DNA from: an uncultured Gammaproteobacteria bacterium
GTDB lineage: Bacteria > Patescibacteriota > Microgenomatia > Daviesbacterales > UBA10151
Direction: 5' to 3'
DNA length: 64,000 nt
Assembly (NCBI GenBank): GCA_964362195.1
Contig: CAYICZ010000002.1
Coordinates: forward strand, 63-64,062
Every line of letters begins with the position of its first letter. The first letter of the stretch is position 1. Below the pieces are notes generated by a model that worked only from the letters and a program-made list of their open reading frames with translations, searched no databases and was not told the origin of the DNA. Shown here in pieces: positions 18,142-27,735 of the stretch. The position numbers and the translations under genes are program-made.

Positions 18142-20055
18142 ATGCCCAAATTTTTAAAATTACTCAGGCTTAATCAAAAAGGGGTTATCCACCTTATTCC
18201 CCTATTCCTTATATTAATAGGTATTATTGCTGGAGTATATTTAGTCCAGCATCCGCAGATCTTTAAGCCAAAGGCTGATGCACCGACTATTCAGTGGGTG
18301 CCGCGAAGCTCGGAAAATGATCCTGATAATTGTGTAACCGGAGTTGATCAAAATGGTTATGCCATAGCTGTCTGTTCAAAATTAAAGCTAAAATTTAACC
18401 TGCCGGCTCAATCTTCAGATGCAGGGTTCCAGTTTGTTAAAACAGCATATGCAAACCATCCTGCTGACACAGAAGACTTTTATTGTCAAAATAATCAGGT
18501 TTGGCACAGTGAGTACAGACCTGCCTGGGATTTGCTCGGTTGGTTCTCAGACCATAGTTTTAAAGAGGACTGTTCGAAAAGCAAGAAGATTTGTGTTACG
18601 TTGCCTGGTAGTGGAACGGGACAGGGAAAGCTTACCCAAAATGCGGCATGCGAAAATCAGCTTAGTATCGTATCATTTTCTACAGAGGACAGTGCAGGCC
18701 AGTCTAAGAAAGACTTTGTTACAGGAGATAAACCATTTACAGTAACTGCTTCAGCACTGGTTCGCAATAATAGCGGTGATTACGTTGAAGGAGATCAAAT
18801 ATGGCAGTGGTTTAATCCTTCAGGATCTTGGGTATCTGCAGAAACGGTTCATTTTATACTGCCGCCAGGTGTATCTGATGATATAGCCACTGCTATCTTA
18901 AGAGATAAAAATTCACCACCAGGTACCTATCGGGTAGATTTAAAAATTCTCGATATGAACGGGAACAAAATATCTGAAAGTTCCACTGCCTTTCAAGTAT
19001 CTTCTGTAGGAAAATTCCATTGTGGTTTTGCTTCAGATAAAGATAAAATCTACGATCAAAATTCTAAACTGATTAGCGATTGTGCAAGTACCAATCAGAT
19101 ATGCGTAGAGATTTCTGTTCCTGTCACCGTAGGTAGTGTAACAACAGCTAAATGCGCAGATAATCAGACAGTACCAACTCCAACTGGTGTTGGTACTACT
19201 GAACCAGCGGCTTCTCAAGTTACCCCTTCCCCAACTCCCGCTGCAGGCGGAATTAAGGTTGTTTGTGACGATAAAAAAGAGACTTATGGCCAGTGCGGCA
19301 ATACAGATGGATTAGAAGGTAAGGATCCTACCCATGAATTTGAAGTTACCAAAGTTACAGACTGTAATGGCAGGCCAAAGCCATACCTGATTAAAGATAA
19401 CGGCCCCTCTTCCAGATGTCCGCAAGATTCCGGCTCCCAAACAATAACCACCCCATCTACTGCCCCGACTGCTACAACAGCCCCTATCGCTTCCAGGAAA
19501 ATTGTAAAGTACAGGTATAAAGTAAGCTATCCTCCAATTAAAGAATCAGGCTGGATAAATATTACGGGTGGAGATATTGCAATAGATGCTGAAAATGCCA
19601 GCCCGGGAACACAAACAATTTACTTTGAATTTGCGGACAGCAATGGACAAATAGTAGAAATAGACGGTAAATCTACTGTGGCTGCATATGTAATATTTAT
19701 TGCACCGGGTACAACAACAACGCCAACTCCGACCATGACTCCGACTGCAGCTCCCCAGGCTACAGTTACACCAACTCCGGCAGGTACCGGCTGTACTGCT
19801 CCTCAGGCACCAACAGGCTTAGGTTATGATAAAAATAGTAGGACTGTTTTCTGGAATAAAGTTGAGGGAGCATCAGCATATAATGTTAGATTAGTGGATC
19901 CTGCTAAAGTTGAGCATGATCATGATGATATTAGTAACACCTGGTATACATTCCCTGCCAGTGAGGTTTCGGCTGTTGGAAGTTATTCAGGTTGGGTAGA
20001 TGCTTTTAACCAATGCGGAGTAGCAAGAGGTGGTTTCTCCTTTACCAACCTATGA
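18142..20055 (+). CDS. Cys-rich surface protein with a prepilin-like leader, P/T linkers and a C-terminal FN3-like domain
   Basis: NQKG|VIHLIPLFLILIG; IFKPKA; PQAPTGL...W..V.GA..Y.V. Confidence 0.8.
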   Translation: MPKFLKLLRLNQKGVIHLIPLFLILIGIIAGVYLVQHPQIFKPKADAPTIQWVPRSSENDPDNCVTGVDQNGYAIAVCSKLKLKFNLPAQSSDAGFQFVKTAYANHPADTEDFYCQNNQVWHSEYRPAWDLLGWFSDHSFKEDCSKSKKICVTLPGSGTGQGKLTQNAACENQLSIVSFSTEDSAGQSKKDFVTGDKPFTVTASALVRNNSGDYVEGDQIWQWFNPSGSWVSAETVHFILPPGVSDDIATAILRDKNSPPGTYRVDLKILDMNGNKISESSTAFQVSSVGKFHCGFASDKDKIYDQNSKLISDCASTNQICVEISVPVTVGSVTTAKCADNQTVPTPTGVGTTEPAASQVTPSPTPAAGGIKVVCDDKKETYGQCGNTDGLEGKDPTHEFEVTKVTDCNGRPKPYLIKDNGPSSRCPQDSGSQTITTPSTAPTATTAPIASRKIVKYRYKVSYPPIKESGWINITGGDIAIDAENASPGTQTIYFEFADSNGQIVEIDGKSTVAAYVIFIAPGTTTTPTPTMTPTAAPQATVTPTPAGTGCTAPQAPTGLGYDKNSRTVFWNKVEGASAYNVRLVDPAKVEHDHDDISNTWYTFPASEVSAVGSYSGWVDAFNQCGVARGGFSFTNL

Positions 20056-20066
20056 AGTTAGGCTTT

Positions 20067-21455
20067 ATGTTAAACCAAAAAGGCCTTGCCCATATATTTT
20101 TACTTCTTATTTTAGGACTTGGAATTATTGCCGGGGTTTATTTAGTTTCTCATCCTACTATTTTTAAACCTAAAGCAGCTGGGGCAAATATTGAAATCGG
20201 AACTAATGAATGTGTAAGGCAAGTGGAAGGCAGAAAGACTTTAGTTTGCGGCGATGTTCCCTTAAAGCTTGTTTCTCCGCTAGAAACCGGCAATGCTGCC
20301 CCTGTTTCTGATGCAGGTTTTAGCCTGGTAAAAACAGTTTTAGCTCAAGAATCTAAAGGAGGGGTTGGATATTCTTGTGAGAAGGAAGGTGGAGATAAGT
20401 TAAAGATTTATCACCAGAAATGTAATTTTCAACTCCTTGGTATTAATTTTTGTGAGTTAAACTTCCCCTATACTAAATATGACTTAATACAAGAAAGTTG
20501 TGATATTGGACAAAGATGTGATTCAACTACTACAGATCTTTTTAATACCATAGCTAAATGCGTACCAGATGAGAATTCTCAACCCATCAGAAATCTCCAG
20601 CCTCCTATTTTTGTCCAGCCGCCCATCCCCACACCTACTTTTACTTCTATCCCCCGTGCTGTAGCTACTCCTACCCCAATTCCTACTGTAACAAATACTT
20701 CCCGTGCTACAGTTACTCCAACTTCAACTCCTATTCCGGCTGTAACCACTACAGCTACCCCAACAGCTACCCCACCTCCTACTCCTGATGCAATTGCTAG
20801 TGCTACACCAAGAGTTACAAAAGGTTACAGGATTGCGGAAGATCTGACTGCTTTAAAAACAGCCAAGTGGCATGATGATTATAAAGCTGGAGGAATAACT
20901 TATATTTATCCTCTTAGCAAAGATACAAAACCAGGTGGTACTGTTACATTGTTTGTGGAATTTAGGGATCAGGACGAGAAAACTATTAAATTCAGCAATG
21001 GGAATACGTATGCCAGCGTAAGTATTGATTTTTCCGCTCCCGAAGTATCTCCTTCCCCAACTGCTGCCCGTGTTATTGCAGCAACAACATGTAAGGTTGC
21101 TGAAAATGCCAATAGAAAGTGTACTCTTCCAACTGAAAAATGTGAGATTACAACTTTGGCTGATATAGGTAATTGTACAAATGAACAGTTATTGGGAACG
21201 TTAACCAAGGAGCAGCTTGGAACAATTGATCTCGCAAGAATGAAGACATTTGGAAGCGATGATCTGATGTGTTTTTTCCCTAGAGAAGTAGTAGCCAGAA
21301 TGGATGCAGGAACGTTAAAAGACTTACCTAATGAAGATTTGCTTCTATTGGGTGATGCTTCAGGCGACTGTAAAACATTTCTTTCCAGTTTTAGTTGCGA
21401 CAGAATAGTTTTGCTCCCTTCAGAATATCAGGCTCTCACCAGTTGTGGCCGTTAG
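20067..21455 (+). CDS. Paralogous Cys-rich surface protein with a prepilin-like leader and P/T linker
   Basis: NQKG|LAHIFLLLILG; IFKPKA; SDAGFSLVKTVLA. Confidence 0.8.
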   Translation: MLNQKGLAHIFLLLILGLGIIAGVYLVSHPTIFKPKAAGANIEIGTNECVRQVEGRKTLVCGDVPLKLVSPLETGNAAPVSDAGFSLVKTVLAQESKGGVGYSCEKEGGDKLKIYHQKCNFQLLGINFCELNFPYTKYDLIQESCDIGQRCDSTTTDLFNTIAKCVPDENSQPIRNLQPPIFVQPPIPTPTFTSIPRAVATPTPIPTVTNTSRATVTPTSTPIPAVTTTATPTATPPPTPDAIASATPRVTKGYRIAEDLTALKTAKWHDDYKAGGITYIYPLSKDTKPGGTVTLFVEFRDQDEKTIKFSNGNTYASVSIDFSAPEVSPSPTAARVIAATTCKVAENANRKCTLPTEKCEITTLADIGNCTNEQLLGTLTKEQLGTIDLARMKTFGSDDLMCFFPREVVARMDAGTLKDLPNEDLLLLGDASGDCKTFLSSFSCDRIVLLPSEYQALTSCGR

Positions 21456-21506
21456 CTTGACAAAACCATTCAAAAAGTGACAAAGTGAATACAGGACTTA
21501 ATTTAC

Positions 21507-23495
21507 ATGTCAGATTATCTAAAGGAAATCTTATCCAGGAAGAATTTAATCAATATTTTAATTCTGGCTATTTTAATTTTAGCAGTTCCCTTAACCATAA
21601 ATTTAGTCAGACAGCAGCAGATTTTAAAATCCAAAGCAGCCACAGATACAGTGCAATTGGTAGACAATTCTTGTACCAGCGTCCAAAATAATAAAAAAGT
21701 CTTAACCTGTCCAACAGTCACCTTAAACTTTGTTGCCCCAACTGAGGTGGATGTAATTACTGAACAAAGATTAGTTAATACTGCTTATGCTGCACAAGGT
21801 GATTGTATTTATTCTGAGGTGGATATAAACGGTACTAAATGCTACACCGGAGTTTGTTCTGTTCCAAATTGCAGTTTTAACAATAATTGTGTATATCAAT
21901 ATGGAATATCTGAACTAACAACATGTCCTGGTCAAGCTGCGCCAACCAGTTGTTCTTCTGATCTGGAGTATTGCGATACAGACCTAAATAGAATTGTCCA
22001 TAAAACAGGAGGGGTTTATGATCCGGAGCGAGCGATAAAAGCAGATGGGTCAAGAACAGATGATTATCCATGTGTTTATGCCTATGTGGACACAGGACGC
22101 GCTTGTCCAGGTGGAGGATCAGCAACTCCAACTTCAACTTCAACTCCAACACCAACACCTGCTCCTGCTGCTGCTTCAACAGCTGCACCTTGTCCAAAAA
22201 ATCCTGGAGACTCCGGGACGAAAACGACTTGTGGAACAACAACATACGACAGCTGTGTAGATGATCAAGGTGTGCCGGATACCAATACCCAATTTTGTAA
22301 AAATGCTAGTTCTAAGTTTAAATGTTCATACTCCAAAAATTCAGCCTGTACTAGTGAATTTGTTTATTCCTGTTCATCTTGTGCTACTGCTTCCCCATCC
22401 CCTTCTGCCTCTCCTTCTACAGTTCAAAATGTTGTCAAAGTAAGATACGCGGAAAACTCAGCTGATTTAACTAACCCTAATGCCAGACGTGAATTTGCAT
22501 ATTTTAAGGGTGGAGTTAGACAGGATATTACTTTTGTTGATCAAACCCCTGGTACTAAATTCATTTATGCCCAGTTTATAGATGATAAAGGTCAGACTCA
22601 AAATGGTAATCCTTTTCCATTCAAGATAGATCTGGTTGGTCCAACCCCACTGGTGTCAGGTTTTGCCTGTGAGCTGGATTTGGTTAATTCTTCTGATTTA
22701 TTGTTTAAGTTTATAGGGTCTAATTTTGGTCAAACTCAAGGTAATGGAAGTATAACCCTTAGAAGTGGCGGCAGCATAAGTAGATACGACAGCTGGACAG
22801 ACAGCGTAGTTACTGCCCGTTTAAGCAGTCCCCCGGTTTCTGCAATTGCTTTAGGAACTCAATATTTTGCAACTTTGACAAATAGTAATGGACAAAAATC
22901 CCAGGAACAGCAATGTTTGGTGGGAATTACCCAAATCTCCCTTGGGGCAAAGCTTTTCTGTAGGGCTCAGAGGGATTTTGACCAGGACAATGTTGAGCTG
23001 ATTTTAATTTTAGATAAAGACCGTTCTCAAAAATCAACTGAAAAAGTAACTATAGATAAAGATGGCAATATTACCAATATTAAAACCAAACTTAAATCAG
23101 GTGAAAACTATATTGCCTGTATCAAAGCTCCCTTAAGTTTAAAAAGATGCTCTGCTCCATTCACAGCTTCTTCCGGAACTAACAATTTAACAATAAATCT
23201 TCCTATTGGAGATTATAATGGGGATGGTAGTATAAATAGTGTGGATGCATCTTTACTTAAAAGTCAGTGGGGGCCTATGAATTCCTCTAAAAACTGTGAT
23301 GTAAACCGGGATCGATTCTGTAATTCATTTGAATGGTCTTGTATGCTGCATGATTTTAATACATCTGATCAACAAACGCTGCCTAATTCTATTGCCCCAG
23401 TTTCAACTCCTACACCGACTCCTACACCAACTCCAACACCAACTCCAACACCACCACCGTCACCTACGCCAACACCTGATACATCAGGAATTTAA
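21507..23495 (+). CDS. Membrane-anchored Cys-rich protein with an IPT/TIG-like domain, a dockerin and a PT tail
   Basis: GSNFG...SWTD (IPT); GDYNGDGSINSVD...DVNRD.FCNS.E duplicated EF-hand-like dockerin; (PT)n. Confidence 0.8.
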   Translation: MSDYLKEILSRKNLINILILAILILAVPLTINLVRQQQILKSKAATDTVQLVDNSCTSVQNNKKVLTCPTVTLNFVAPTEVDVITEQRLVNTAYAAQGDCIYSEVDINGTKCYTGVCSVPNCSFNNNCVYQYGISELTTCPGQAAPTSCSSDLEYCDTDLNRIVHKTGGVYDPERAIKADGSRTDDYPCVYAYVDTGRACPGGGSATPTSTSTPTPTPAPAAASTAAPCPKNPGDSGTKTTCGTTTYDSCVDDQGVPDTNTQFCKNASSKFKCSYSKNSACTSEFVYSCSSCATASPSPSASPSTVQNVVKVRYAENSADLTNPNARREFAYFKGGVRQDITFVDQTPGTKFIYAQFIDDKGQTQNGNPFPFKIDLVGPTPLVSGFACELDLVNSSDLLFKFIGSNFGQTQGNGSITLRSGGSISRYDSWTDSVVTARLSSPPVSAIALGTQYFATLTNSNGQKSQEQQCLVGITQISLGAKLFCRAQRDFDQDNVELILILDKDRSQKSTEKVTIDKDGNITNIKTKLKSGENYIACIKAPLSLKRCSAPFTASSGTNNLTINLPIGDYNGDGSINSVDASLLKSQWGPMNSSKNCDVNRDRFCNSFEWSCMLHDFNTSDQQTLPNSIAPVSTPTPTPTPTPTPTPTPPPSPTPTPDTSGI

Positions 23496-23513
23496 ATGTG
23501 ATAATCTAAAAAT

Positions 23514-24137
23514 ATGGACAATCAAATATTTAATTATCAAAATTCGGATTTTCAAAAACCTCCCAAAGCTGGTTTGCCCATACTGAGGATTATTTTTTTT
23601 ATCTTTGCTGCAGTAATTGCCTTTGAGCTTTTAATGGGCGCCAAAACCTTGCTTACTCCTATCAAAGTGATCCAAAAAACTCCGTCTACGGTTGTTTTAT
23701 CAGAGGGGGTTATTAATCTAAGCACTCTTCAGTCTTCATATGGTGTTTCAGAGACAGTTCCTGTTGCTGTTAAAGTTTCAACCGGTAATCACCTAACCTC
23801 AGGTGTTGATTTGGTTTTAAAATATGATCCTGTTATACTGGAGGCATCCAGTGCAGCTTTGATTAAAGGATCGGCCTTTGATGAGTATCCGGATGTAAAT
23901 ATAGATTCTAAAAATGGCATATTAAGAGCTTCAGGAGTGGTTTCTCCTGCAAAGCTAGGATTTAACGGCAATAATGGAGATTTTGGAGTGATTAATTTCA
24001 CTGCAATATCCAAAGGAATGACCACTATTTCCCTGGAATTTTCTCCAAATGCAACTGATGATTCAAACATGGTGGAGCTGGAAACCAATAAAGATGTATT
24101 AGGAAAAGTCAGTAGTGTTAAAATAAATATACAATGA
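23514..24137 (+). CDS. Cohesin-domain protein with an N-terminal TM anchor
   Basis: V.V.V......GVDLVLKYDP..L; G.INF.A...G.T.I.L.F pattern. Confidence 0.75.
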   Translation: MDNQIFNYQNSDFQKPPKAGLPILRIIFFIFAAVIAFELLMGAKTLLTPIKVIQKTPSTVVLSEGVINLSTLQSSYGVSETVPVAVKVSTGNHLTSGVDLVLKYDPVILEASSAALIKGSAFDEYPDVNIDSKNGILRASGVVSPAKLGFNGNNGDFGVINFTAISKGMTTISLEFSPNATDDSNMVELETNKDVLGKVSSVKINIQ

Positions 24138-24859
24138 AAAAATTACTGTCTATAATGTCTGTATTACTGTTTGGATTTTTAACAGCCGCTCCTGCTTATG
24201 CCTCTACTTTATCCCTCTCCCCTGCATCCGGCACCTTTAATAAAGGCTGCAACTTTGTTTTGGATGTTTTACTTGATACCCAAGGAGCATCAACAGACGG
24301 GACTGATGCTTATATTAATTTTGATTCCTCCCGTTTTACTATGGTTAGTATAAATACAACAGGAAAAATATACCCTGAATATCCTGGCAGCGGAATAGAT
24401 TCTCAAAATGTTAACAAAATTTTAATCTCAGGTTTGGCAACCTTTGGACAACCATATTCAGGTTCAGGAAAGCTGGCTACTATTAATTTTACAGTGAAAG
24501 AAGCAGCCCAAACAGGACTGTCTCAGATGACTTTTGATTTTGATACAAACAATAAAAACTCAACTATTGATTCAAATGTGGTTAAATCAGGTGATTCTAC
24601 AGAAACGCTGACATCTGTAAATAATGGAAGCTATACTATAGGTACAGGGAGTTGTACCAGTCCTTCCCCTACTCCTGCAGGAAGAGTTAATATAGGAGGG
24701 CCTAATATTTCCACCCCTTCTGCAACACAAATTCCTTTGAAACAAATACCTACCAAAGAAAGTTTGCCTGATGCCGGGACACCTGAGTTTACAGCCGCAA
24801 TTGCTATTGTTGGTTCTATTTTAACTGTCCTGGGGATTTTAGGACTGGCTTTGTTATGA
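24134..24859 (+). CDS. Secreted cohesin-domain protein with an LPxAG-type sorting motif
   Basis: Signal peptide ending AYA; LSLSP...G.D..I.FD...G.LATINF; LPDAG plus a C-terminal hydrophobic tail. Confidence 0.75.
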   Translation: MKKLLSIMSVLLFGFLTAAPAYASTLSLSPASGTFNKGCNFVLDVLLDTQGASTDGTDAYINFDSSRFTMVSINTTGKIYPEYPGSGIDSQNVNKILISGLATFGQPYSGSGKLATINFTVKEAAQTGLSQMTFDFDTNNKNSTIDSNVVKSGDSTETLTSVNNGSYTIGTGSCTSPSPTPAGRVNIGGPNISTPSATQIPLKQIPTKESLPDAGTPEFTAAIAIVGSILTVLGILGLALL

Positions 24860-25779
24860 CACTTGCTGCGCTGATAACTGATTTTTTAGAGTATCTGGAA
24901 CTGGAGAGGAATACCTCACAGCTGACTATTAAAAATTATGATCATTATCTAAAGCGGTTTCTGGATTTTGCAGGTGATATCAATCCAAAAGATATAGATT
25001 TAAATCTTGTTAGAAAATATAGACTGCACCTTTCAAGATGGGCAGATCCCCAGACACAAAAATCCTTAAAAAGAATTACCCAGAATTATTTTATGATAGC
25101 TTTGCGGGCATTTTTAAGATATTTGGCCAGAATAGATATTGATACTCTCTCCCCTGAGAAAGTTGAGCTTGGTGAAACAGATCCAAGACCCTTAAAGATC
25201 CTGGATGATAGCCATTTAAAACAGCTTTTAGAGGCCCCTGATACCACTAAAAAAGATGGAATCAGGGATAGAAGTATCCTGGAAACCTTATTTTCAACCG
25301 GCCTGCGTGTATCTGAGCTTGCCTCACTGAATTGTGACACCATTAATTTAGGAAGGCGTGAATTTGGGATTGTTGGCAAAGGAGGAAAAGAGCGGGTAGT
25401 ATTTATCTCTGACTCGGCAGCTGAGTGGCTCCAGAAATATCTGGATATCCGGAAAGACAGCTTTAAACCGCTTTTTATCAGATTTCAGGGAAGGATGGAT
25501 CCTGCAAATAATGGTGAGGCAATGAGGCTTACACCACGATCAATTGAAAGAATAGTAGAAAAATATGTTAAATCTTTAGGCTTTTCTGTAAAAGCTACCC
25601 CGCATACATTACGTCACTCTTTTGCTACAGATTTATTAATTAATGGAGCAGATATCCGCTCTGTGCAGGAAATGCTTGGACACTCCTCTATTCAAACAAC
25701 CCAAATTTACACCCATGTGACAAATGCACATTTAAAAGACGTTCACAAAGCCTTTCACTCTAGTAATTCCAAAGAATAG
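24856..25779 (+). CDS. XerC/XerD-like tyrosine recombinase
   Basis: TGLRVSEL, GKGGKER, HTLRHSFAT, LGH and TTQIYTH motifs. Confidence 0.95.
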   Translation: MTLAALITDFLEYLELERNTSQLTIKNYDHYLKRFLDFAGDINPKDIDLNLVRKYRLHLSRWADPQTQKSLKRITQNYFMIALRAFLRYLARIDIDTLSPEKVELGETDPRPLKILDDSHLKQLLEAPDTTKKDGIRDRSILETLFSTGLRVSELASLNCDTINLGRREFGIVGKGGKERVVFISDSAAEWLQKYLDIRKDSFKPLFIRFQGRMDPANNGEAMRLTPRSIERIVEKYVKSLGFSVKATPHTLRHSFATDLLINGADIRSVQEMLGHSSIQTTQIYTHVTNAHLKDVHKAFHSSNSKE

Positions 25780-25782
25780 CTT

Positions 25783-26142
25783 TTATTTTTTCGCTATATC
25801 TTTGAGCAAGCTTGATAGTACTGTTCCAACAACAGATAAAACTATTGCTCCAAGTATTGCCGGTACCCAGCCATCAATCTTTAAGCCTGGCACCACGTAT
25901 GAGACTATAAATAAGATCAGCGCATTGACTACAAATGAGAATAAACCCAGTGTAATTAATGTTATAGGTAGTGTAATAAGTGCCAGTACTGGTTTAATAA
26001 AAGTATTAACTGCTCCTAAAACAATTGCAGCCAACAGGGCTGTTGTAAAATCAGTAACTCTAAATCCAGGGACAATATAGGCAGTTGCCATTAAAGCCAG
26101 GGCATTTAAAACTAAAGCTACAATAATTTGCAAATTAATCAC
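25783..26142 (-). CDS. 4-TM phage holin-family (YvlD-like) membrane protein
   Basis: N..IKP.L..ITLP....TLGLF...VNA motif; SD aggagg. Confidence 0.85.
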   Translation of the reverse strand: MINLQIIVALVLNALALMATAYIVPGFRVTDFTTALLAAIVLGAVNTFIKPVLALITLPITLITLGLFSFVVNALILFIVSYVVPGLKIDGWVPAILGAIVLSVVGTVLSSLLKDIAKK

Positions 26143-26246
26143 CTCCTTTAATCTATTATTTGATCAAATTGTAGTTTATGTCAACTTTTTTCAATTGACA
26201 AATTTTGCCTCACTTGTGTAGTATTAACTTCTCCTGCCCAAAATAA

Positions 26247-27020
26247 ATGGCCACAAATCTTTCAATCCCATCTTTAGGAGCTAAATTTGTGGATTTAAGA
26301 GATTCTCTTCCCGGAGACTCTTATAATTGGAGTTGGATTAGACAGCTGTCTCAGGTAAATTATCTGGCAATACATCACAGCGCCGGTTCGGATACTCAAA
26401 CCCCGGAAGAAATCGCAGATTATCATATAACTGATCATGGCTGGGGCGGGATTGGGTATCATTTTTTAATTGCTAAAGATGGAGTAGTTTATTATGTAGG
26501 TGACATAGGAACAGCCAGGGCTAATGTTGTTAATTTAAACGAACAGGTAATAGGTATTTGTTTGATAGGGAATTTTACCTCCGGCAGAACTCCTACGGAG
26601 GAGCAAATTGATTCTACTCATAAACTTTGTGAGGCCTTAATCAACTATCCTGAGCTGTCAAATGTTAATTCCTGGGAAGCGCTAAAGTCTCATAAAAGTC
26701 TGCCTGGTCAAGCAACTGTTTGCCCTGGAGATGATGATTCCTGGATGAATAAAATTATTTCCCCCAGAGAAATTATATTTAACCAACCCTTAACTCAAAG
26801 TCAGGAAGTATTAAATTTAAGGTTGCAGGTTGATTCTTTGCAAACTACGCTGGCAACAGTTAATCAGCAGCTTATTTTTTTGCAGGAAGCTTTAGCTGAA
26901 AAAGATCAGAAAAATAGTAATCCTACCCAAACTTTAAAACCTCTCTACCTCGCATTAGCCACCGCCATATTTATAGATTTTATGCTGTCAGGCTTTATAA
27001 TTTTGCTAGGATCTAAATAA
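26247..27020 (+). CDS. N-acetylmuramoyl-L-alanine amidase (Amidase_2/PGRP fold) with a coiled coil and C-terminal TM
   Basis: IHHSAG, GWGGIGYHF, IGICLIGNF and SH...T.CPG Zn ligands. Confidence 0.88.
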   Translation: MATNLSIPSLGAKFVDLRDSLPGDSYNWSWIRQLSQVNYLAIHHSAGSDTQTPEEIADYHITDHGWGGIGYHFLIAKDGVVYYVGDIGTARANVVNLNEQVIGICLIGNFTSGRTPTEEQIDSTHKLCEALINYPELSNVNSWEALKSHKSLPGQATVCPGDDDSWMNKIISPREIIFNQPLTQSQEVLNLRLQVDSLQTTLATVNQQLIFLQEALAEKDQKNSNPTQTLKPLYLALATAIFIDFMLSGFIILLGSK

Positions 27021-27050
27021 TTACACTTACACCTCGAAGGTGTAAAGCTA
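27020..27050 (-). repeat. REP-like element downstream of the RAYT
   Basis: attacacttacacct-cga-aggtgtaaagcta. Confidence 0.85.
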
Positions 27051-27692
27051 AATCTCATCCACAAGATGATGTTTTATAAATTCTAACGCTTTGCCATAAT
27101 CAATCTGATCTTCCACAAATTCCGTGTATTTTTCTCTGGAAGGGAATAAATTTAGAATCTCAAGGGGATTACAGAATAGACTATGAGTTTGGGTGTATTC
27201 TAAATATGAAGACCAGGGATAGTATTCTGGTTTCTTGGTCAAATCAGAAACAACCGGATTTAGGTGGATATATCTGGAAACATGAATTAATTGTTCTTGT
27301 GACTCAATCAGGACTGCCTTAAAAGCTCCTTGAAGTAAGGGCCCTACCCTTTTGTATTTAATATTAAAATATTTTGTATAACTGTTAGAAAGTTGGCTCA
27401 TGAAAATTGATATTCCATTGTCTTTCAACTGCTTAACTAAGAAATGGAAGTGATTTGGCATTAAACAATAACAAAGTACCTCTACTATTTTGTTATTGAA
27501 CGAAGTTTTAAAAAGATCTGTCTTTGTAAAATTTGCAAATCTTGGTTTAGGTCCAGGGAATTGGTAATAATATGAGGTTTTCAAAAACCTCATATAATCT
27601 CTGGATTGTTGATAGATGCTTCTTTTCTCGCTGCCCCTGTTATAAATATGATAAAACTCGTTGTTTACTAAGGGTGTAATTCTTCCGGGCAT
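27048..27692 (-). mobile_element. REP-associated tyrosine transposase (RAYT, Y1 HUH family)
   Basis: FYHIYNRG, MPNHFHFL (HUH), YIHLNP and WSS motifs; start at MPGRITP. Confidence 0.9.
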
Positions 27693-27701
27693 ATAAATTA
27701 G

Positions 27702-27733
27702 TTTACGATTACACCTTCGAGGTGTCAAGCTAC
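27702..27733 (-). repeat. REP-like element upstream of the RAYT, with a GTAG foot
   Basis: Minus strand gtagcttg-acacct-cga-aggtgt-aatcgtaaa. Confidence 0.85.
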
Positions 27734-27735
27734 AT

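Noticed and set aside
23405-23478. acacca/actcca nucleotide repeats (also near 20630-20790 and 22125-22160)
   Set aside because: Explained by Pro-Thr linker coding with varied codons
26161-26190. ttatgtcaac as a second dif arm
   Set aside because: Better explained as the TTGACA -35 box of the minus-strand holin-family gene
16541-27692. Prophage, integron or shufflon (two recombinases, holin, amidase)
   Set aside because: No phage structural or replication genes, no IntI-specific insertion or attC array recognised, and no repeated inversion sites seen between the surface genes
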